Part shown: one piece after another, positions 58,914 to 64,000 of the stretch
How positions within the stretch are numbered: position 1 is the stretch's first letter
Layout: each line of letters opens with the position of its first letter
Source of the DNA: Oceanispirochaeta sp.
Lineage (GTDB): Bacteria; Spirochaetota; Spirochaetia; DSM-2461
Length of the DNA stretch: 64,000 bases
Assembly (NCBI GenBank): GCA_963663385.2
Contig: CAXXXD010000003.1
Span: forward strand, 896,001 to 960,000
Direction of reading: 5' to 3'
Notes under the pieces: generated by a model
The model's input: the letters and a program-made list of their open reading frames with translations, nothing else
Told to the model about the DNA's origin: nothing
Databases searched by the model: none
Made by a program: the position numbers and the translations under genes

Positions 58914-59477
58914 TTGGGTCAGTTTTATTATACTGTCGCATCATTACCCATGCTGTCCTATGACGAGCCTTCCGGACTGAAAGTGGCCGATTATATGGCC
59001 GACTGCCGGAAATGGCTGAAGCCTGTCGAGTGGGAGATGCTGTCCTCAGCTGTGCTTAATCCCGATACGGTTAAGGCTTCCATCTCTTCAGTAGCCGAAG
59101 AGTTCATGATATGGGAGATCAGCCTGAGGAATGAGCTTGTTCTCCTGAGGGCTGCCGCCATGGGGCTGGAAGCGGATAATTTTATTGTAAAAAGCGAACG
59201 CTATCCTGAAACGGCGTCCCTGGCGGCTCATGCCTTCAAGCAGGAATCTCCAATGGATGCGGAGGATGCGTTAAACCGGGGACGCTGGCAGTTCCTGGAA
59301 AACCTGAAGGTAGGGCACTTTTTCGATCTGGAATATTTGATTCTTTATTCCCTGCAGCTGCAGATCCTGGAAAGGAAGAGCTGCTTTGAAGAGGAAACCG
59401 GATATGCCCGCTATCAGGAAATTTACCGAAATATCCTGAATCAGTTGGATGATGATGCAGTTGGAGAGCGAGAATGA
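58914..59477 (+). CDS. DUF2764 protein (V-ATPase subunit C-like)
   Basis: YYTVASLP, WE..LRNEL..LRA, HFFDLE.L..Y.LQLQILER. Confidence 0.82.
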   Translation: MGQFYYTVASLPMLSYDEPSGLKVADYMADCRKWLKPVEWEMLSSAVLNPDTVKASISSVAEEFMIWEISLRNELVLLRAAAMGLEADNFIVKSERYPETASLAAHAFKQESPMDAEDALNRGRWQFLENLKVGHFFDLEYLILYSLQLQILERKSCFEEETGYARYQEIYRNILNQLDDDAVGERE

Positions 59478-61237
59478 AAAGTACTGGAAAAGTAGTTGGT
59501 GTTAATGGAAATATGGTAACCGTCGAGGTTGCCGGTGACGTTAAGTTAAATGAAGTCGGTTATGTCGTAACCGGTGGAAAGAAGCTGAAATCCGAGGTTA
59601 TCCGTATTAACGGCGATCGGGTTCAGATGCAGGTATTTGAAATCACAAAGGGAATTGGTATTGGTGATCCTGTAGAATTCTCTACAGAACTCCTGGCCGT
59701 GGAACTGGGGCCCGGGCTTCTGGGACAGGTTTACGACGGGCTGCAGAATCCCCTTCCCGATCTGGCAAAAAAAGCCGGACACTTTCTTGAACGGGGATTC
59801 TATCTGGATCCTCTTCCCAAAGATAAAAAATGGGACTTCACTCCTTCTGTAGAAGCAGGTGCCCAGGTTATAAAGGCGGATAAGCTCGGGGAAGTTCCCG
59901 AAGGTCCCTTTATGCATGATATTATGGTTCCTTTCTACCTGCTGGATACCTACAAGGTAAAATCCATCAAGGAAAAAGGGTCTTATACCATAACCGATAC
60001 GATTGCCGAACTGGAAGATCCTAAGGGGAATGTGATCCCTGTAACCATGTCTTTTGAATGGCCCGTTAAAAAAGCCATTACCACTTATGCCGAACGGCTC
60101 CGGCCGGTTGATCCCATGGTAACCCAGATCCGTCTGGTTGATACATTCCTGCCTGTCGCAAAGGGCGGTACATACTGTATCCCCGGGCCTTTCGGAGCCG
60201 GAAAAACCGTACTGCAGCAGATTACTTCCAAATTCGCGGATGTGGATATAGTAATTGTTGCGGCCTGTGGCGAGCGTGCCGGTGAGGTTGTGGAAACCCT
60301 GAAAGAGTTCCCCGAACTGCTGGACCCCAAGACGGGAAAATCCCTCATGGAAAGAACCATGATAATCTGTAATACATCGTCCATGCCTGTTGCCTCACGT
60401 GAAGCTTCCGTATATACGGCTGTTACGCTGGCCGAATACTATCGTCAGATGGGTCTGGATGTACTGCTTCTGGCCGACTCCACATCCCGTTGGGCACAGG
60501 CCATGAGAGAGATGTCCGGACGTCTGGAAGAGATTCCCGGTGAAGAAGCCTTCCCGGCTTACCTGGAATCCACCATTGCCGGATTCTACGAAAGAGCCGG
60601 TCTGGTCAGGCTGAAAGACGGCCGGAAAGGTTCCGTTACAATCGGCGGAACCGTATCTCCTGCGGGCGGTAACTTCGAAGAGCCTGTAACACAGGCCACT
60701 CTTAAAGTAGTTGGAGCATTCCACGGTCTTTCCAGAGAGCGTTCCGATGCCCGTAAATACCCGGCTATCCATCCTATTGATTCATGGAGCAAATACAAAG
60801 GTATTATCGATGCGGATATGACTGCCTATGCCTACAACATCCTGTTCCGGGCAAACGAAATTGAATCCATGATGAAGGTAGTCGGAGAAGAAGGAACGTC
60901 TCTGCAGGATTTTATACTTTTTCAGAAAGGAGAACTCCTGGACGCAACCTACTTCCAGCAGAACTCCTTTGACCCGGTTGATGCGGCCGTTTCTCCGGAA
61001 AGACAAAAATATGTTTTCCGTCTGATGATGGAAATCCTTACGGCCGAGCTGGAATTGAGCAGTAAAGATGAAGCCCGTTCCTGGTTTAACCAGCTGCGTC
61101 AGGTTGTGCTTGACTACAATGGTTCCGAATGGCAGGGCGATTCCTTCAAGAAGCTTGAAAGCGAGATTAAGAAGACAATAGCCGAAAAGAAAATCCGCGT
61201 GGATGAAAATGCCGCCGGCTTAATGGAAAGGATCTGA
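59474..61237 (+). CDS. atpA: V-type ATP synthase subunit A
   Basis: PGPFGAGKT, CGERAGE, DSTSRWAQAMRE, EEAFPAYL. Confidence 0.97.
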   Translation: MKSTGKVVGVNGNMVTVEVAGDVKLNEVGYVVTGGKKLKSEVIRINGDRVQMQVFEITKGIGIGDPVEFSTELLAVELGPGLLGQVYDGLQNPLPDLAKKAGHFLERGFYLDPLPKDKKWDFTPSVEAGAQVIKADKLGEVPEGPFMHDIMVPFYLLDTYKVKSIKEKGSYTITDTIAELEDPKGNVIPVTMSFEWPVKKAITTYAERLRPVDPMVTQIRLVDTFLPVAKGGTYCIPGPFGAGKTVLQQITSKFADVDIVIVAACGERAGEVVETLKEFPELLDPKTGKSLMERTMIICNTSSMPVASREASVYTAVTLAEYYRQMGLDVLLLADSTSRWAQAMREMSGRLEEIPGEEAFPAYLESTIAGFYERAGLVRLKDGRKGSVTIGGTVSPAGGNFEEPVTQATLKVVGAFHGLSRERSDARKYPAIHPIDSWSKYKGIIDADMTAYAYNILFRANEIESMMKVVGEEGTSLQDFILFQKGELLDATYFQQNSFDPVDAAVSPERQKYVFRLMMEILTAELELSSKDEARSWFNQLRQVVLDYNGSEWQGDSFKKLESEIKKTIAEKKIRVDENAAGLMERI

Positions 61238-61246
61238 GGTTAAAAA

Positions 61247-62545
61247 ATGAGAAAAGTTTACAGCAAAATTGATTCAATCGTTGGAAACGTCATCACAGTC
61301 AAAGCCGACGGAGTAAAGTACGGCGACCTTGCGGAAATCACAACATCCTTTGGTGAATCCCTGGCAGAGGTTAACAAGCTGGATGGTGATATGGTTTCCC
61401 TACAGGTTTTTGCGGGAGGCCGGGGAATTTCCACTGGTGATGAAGTACGGTTCCTGGGGCATCCCATGCAGGTCTCCTTTTCGGAAAACCTGCTGGGTCG
61501 TATTTTCAGCGGGTCGGGAGAACCCCGTGATAACGGTCCTACCCTGAGTGAGAACCTGATCCCCATCGGCGGCCCCTCCTTCAACCCTGCTAACAGAATC
61601 ATCCCGAAAAACATGATTCGAACCGGTATCCCCATGATCGACCTGTTCAATACACTGGTGGAAAGTCAGAAACTGCCGATTTTCTCTGTTTCCGGAGAAC
61701 CATATAATGAGCTTCTGGCCCGGATTGCCATGCAGGCGGAAGTTGACATGATTATCCTGGGAGGAATGGGGCTTAAATACGATGACTACCTTTTCTTCAA
61801 GGATACCCTGGAAGAGGGGGGCGCTCTTAACCGGACCACTATGTTTATCCATACCGCAGCAGACCCCATTGTAGAGAGTCTTCAGGTTCCCGATATATCT
61901 CTGGCTGTTGCCGAGAAATTCGCCCTGCAGGGTAAAAAGGTACTTGTTCTTCTTACGGATATGACCAACTTTGCGGATGCCATGAAAGAAATCGCTATTA
62001 CTCAGGAACAGGTTCCTTCCAACCGTGGCTACCCGGGAGACCTTTACTCTCAGCTGGCTTCCCGTTATGAAAAGGCCGTTGATATTCAGGGCGCCGGTTC
62101 AATCACTATCCTTGGTGTAACAACCATGCCCGGTGATGATGTAACCCATCCCGTTCCCGATAATACCGGATATATTACGGAAGGGCAGTACTACCTGAAA
62201 AACGGAAGAATCGAACCCTTCGGTTCTCTCTCCCGTCTGAAACAGCAGGTTAATGACAAAACCAGAGACGACCACAGGGCCCTCATGGACGGTATGATCA
62301 AACTGTATGCCTCCTATAAGGACTCTCTGGAGAAGCAGTCAATGGGATTCAATATGTCTGACTGGGATACGAAACTCCTTAAATATGGAACGGCTTTTGA
62401 GAGGGAAATGATGGACCTGTCTGTTAATGTTCCCCTGGAAAAAGCCCTGGATAATGGCTGGAAGATTCTGTCAGATTGTTTCAAAAAGGAAGAAACCGGG
62501 TTGAAATCATCTCTGATTGAACAGTTCTGGCCTACAGAGAGTTAA
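61247..62545 (+). CDS. atpB: V-type ATP synthase subunit B
   Basis: [40 protein letters not shown]. Confidence 0.97.
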   Translation: MRKVYSKIDSIVGNVITVKADGVKYGDLAEITTSFGESLAEVNKLDGDMVSLQVFAGGRGISTGDEVRFLGHPMQVSFSENLLGRIFSGSGEPRDNGPTLSENLIPIGGPSFNPANRIIPKNMIRTGIPMIDLFNTLVESQKLPIFSVSGEPYNELLARIAMQAEVDMIILGGMGLKYDDYLFFKDTLEEGGALNRTTMFIHTAADPIVESLQVPDISLAVAEKFALQGKKVLVLLTDMTNFADAMKEIAITQEQVPSNRGYPGDLYSQLASRYEKAVDIQGAGSITILGVTTMPGDDVTHPVPDNTGYITEGQYYLKNGRIEPFGSLSRLKQQVNDKTRDDHRALMDGMIKLYASYKDSLEKQSMGFNMSDWDTKLLKYGTAFEREMMDLSVNVPLEKALDNGWKILSDCFKKEETGLKSSLIEQFWPTES

Positions 62546-62548
62546 TGT

Positions 62549-63148
62549 ATGGCAAATATTAAACTGACGAAGAATGAGCAGAAGAAACAGAAGGATGCCC
62601 TTAAAATGTATACCCGTTATCTTCCCACGCTTATTCTGAAAAAACAGCAGCTCCAGATTGAGATCCGTAATGTGGAAATACGGGAAGCTGAGGTTCGTCA
62701 GAAACAGGAAGCCCTTAATCAGGAGTTTCGAAAGTGGATCGGAGTCTTCGGTGAAGACGTTGGTCTGGATGAAGCCCTGTTGAGAGTAAAATACGTGGAT
62801 ACAGGCATCGGCAATATTGCCGGTGTTGAAATCCCCGTATTCAAAGGAGCGGAGTTCCATCCTGTTTCCTATAACCTCTTTGAAATGCCTCTCTGGGTCG
62901 ATAAGGCGGCAGAGAAGCTTAAGCAGATAATTCTGCTGGATCTGGAGTTTAAAGTATTGGAGGAACAGATAAGGCGATTGGCGGCAGAGCTGAGAACCAC
63001 TACCCAGAGGGTAAATCTGTTCGAGAAAGTGATGATCCCCGAAACCAAGGCAAATATCAAAAAAATCGGTGTTTACCTGGGTGACCAGCAGACAGCTGCG
63101 GTTGTACGGGGAAAAATGTCCAAGAAAAAAATGGTAAAGGTGTCCTGA
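62549..63148 (+). CDS. atpD: V-type ATP synthase subunit D
   Basis: YLPTL.LKKQQL, TTQRVNLFEKV.IP. Confidence 0.95.
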   Translation: MANIKLTKNEQKKQKDALKMYTRYLPTLILKKQQLQIEIRNVEIREAEVRQKQEALNQEFRKWIGVFGEDVGLDEALLRVKYVDTGIGNIAGVEIPVFKGAEFHPVSYNLFEMPLWVDKAAEKLKQIILLDLEFKVLEEQIRRLAAELRTTTQRVNLFEKVMIPETKANIKKIGVYLGDQQTAAVVRGKMSKKKMVKVS

Positions 63149-63149
63149 T

Positions 63150-64000
63150 ATGATAGTAAAAATGAGTAAAGTCTCTTTTATCTTTCTGGATTCCGAAAAA
63201 GATGCCGCCCTGGAGAAGATCCGGAAAGCCGGTGTCGTCCATCTGGAGAGGACTTCCGGATCCGGTGAGACTCTGAGTCATCTGGTCGCCGACAGGGACA
63301 GGGTAAAACGGGCCCTTGGCCGACTTGATCCGAAAGCGTCACAGGAAAAGGTTTCTTATTCCAGAGAATCCGCCTGGGAGATGGCTAATAAAATCCTGGA
63401 TGTTCTGGATAGTATTAAAGAGACGGAAGAGAAGCTGAATCTGATCAAGGAAGATCTGGTCTGGTGGGAGCCCTGGGGGGATTTTGATCCTTCGGAGATT
63501 GCCATCCTGAAAAGCAAAGGGGTGGAGCTGCACTTCTATGAAGCGAATAAAGCCGAGTGGGAGGCGTATGCGAAGGACAGTCGGTCTTTTGTTGTTTCTT
63601 CTTCAAAAAATACGGTTTACGGCATTATTGTTGTGGCGGAGGGGGAAGATGTTCCCGAAGCGGATAGTGTTAAACTTCCCGAATACGGTGTAACGGAGCT
63701 TCAGAAACAGAAAGTCCAGACAGAAGAAAAGCTGAAAGGGCTCTATGAAGTTCTCGACCAGTTCAGCGGTCAGCGGGAAATGCTGAATAAACTGCTGGTT
63801 TCTGTAGAGCAGGATGTGGAGTATCACGAAGTCCGGACAGGTCTGGGGAACGAAGAGATCCTGGATTACTTTTCAGGTTTTATGCCCGAACGGGATAAAG
63901 AGAAAATCCAGGATCTGGCTGTGGAAAACGGCTGGGCTGTGATTTTCAGTGAACCCGCGGAAGAGGATGTTATTCCTTCTCTTGTTGAAAACAATAAGGT
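63150..64000 (+). CDS. atpI: V-type ATP synthase subunit I (runs off the window)
   Basis: MIVKMSKVS..., L.KIRKAGVVHL, EPWGDFDP; follows subunit D. Confidence 0.88.
   Translation, partial: MIVKMSKVSFIFLDSEKDAALEKIRKAGVVHLERTSGSGETLSHLVADRDRVKRALGRLDPKASQEKVSYSRESAWEMANKILDVLDSIKETEEKLNLIKEDLVWWEPWGDFDPSEIAILKSKGVELHFYEANKAEWEAYAKDSRSFVVSSSKNTVYGIIVVAEGEDVPEADSVKLPEYGVTELQKQKVQTEEKLKGLYEVLDQFSGQREMLNKLLVSVEQDVEYHEVRTGLGNEEILDYFSGFMPERDKEKIQDLAVENGWAVIFSEPAEEDVIPSLVENNK

Overview
A gene-dense chromosomal window from a free-living spirochaete (Spirochaetaceae-like). This is inferred from the spoVG-tRNA-Gln-rplY-pth-tilS-ftsH order and the E-DUF2764-A-B-D-I V-type ATPase operon. Most of it is housekeeping: lepA, rnhA, gnd, uvrB, yggS, murI, rsgA, an RluA-family synthase, two HtrA-type proteases, an nlpD-like gene with a group-2 sigma factor, and three tRNAs. 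I saw no CRISPR array, integrase or transposase. The main points of interest are six. (1) A near-3x identical 190-bp tandem repeat starts inside tRNA-Pro(CGG); each unit carries a direct and an inverted copy of the tRNA 3' end and can fold into a closed multi-hairpin structure. (2) A ~10-kb sigma54-linked catabolic island holds dpaL, ridA, a TeaABC-like TRAP transporter with an altered pocket, M24 and M20 hydrolases and an XRE-cupin regulator, with readable regulatory sites; it suggests breakdown of an unknown 2,3-diaminopropionate derivative. (3) A GTDC1/QTMAN-like glycosyltransferase gene overlaps an NSUN3/4-like m5C methyltransferase gene. (4) A LarA-superfamily epimerase is operonic with gnd. 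(5) Several genes appear leaderless. (6) There are two probable single-base frameshifts. Family assignments come from recalled motifs; no database searches were run.
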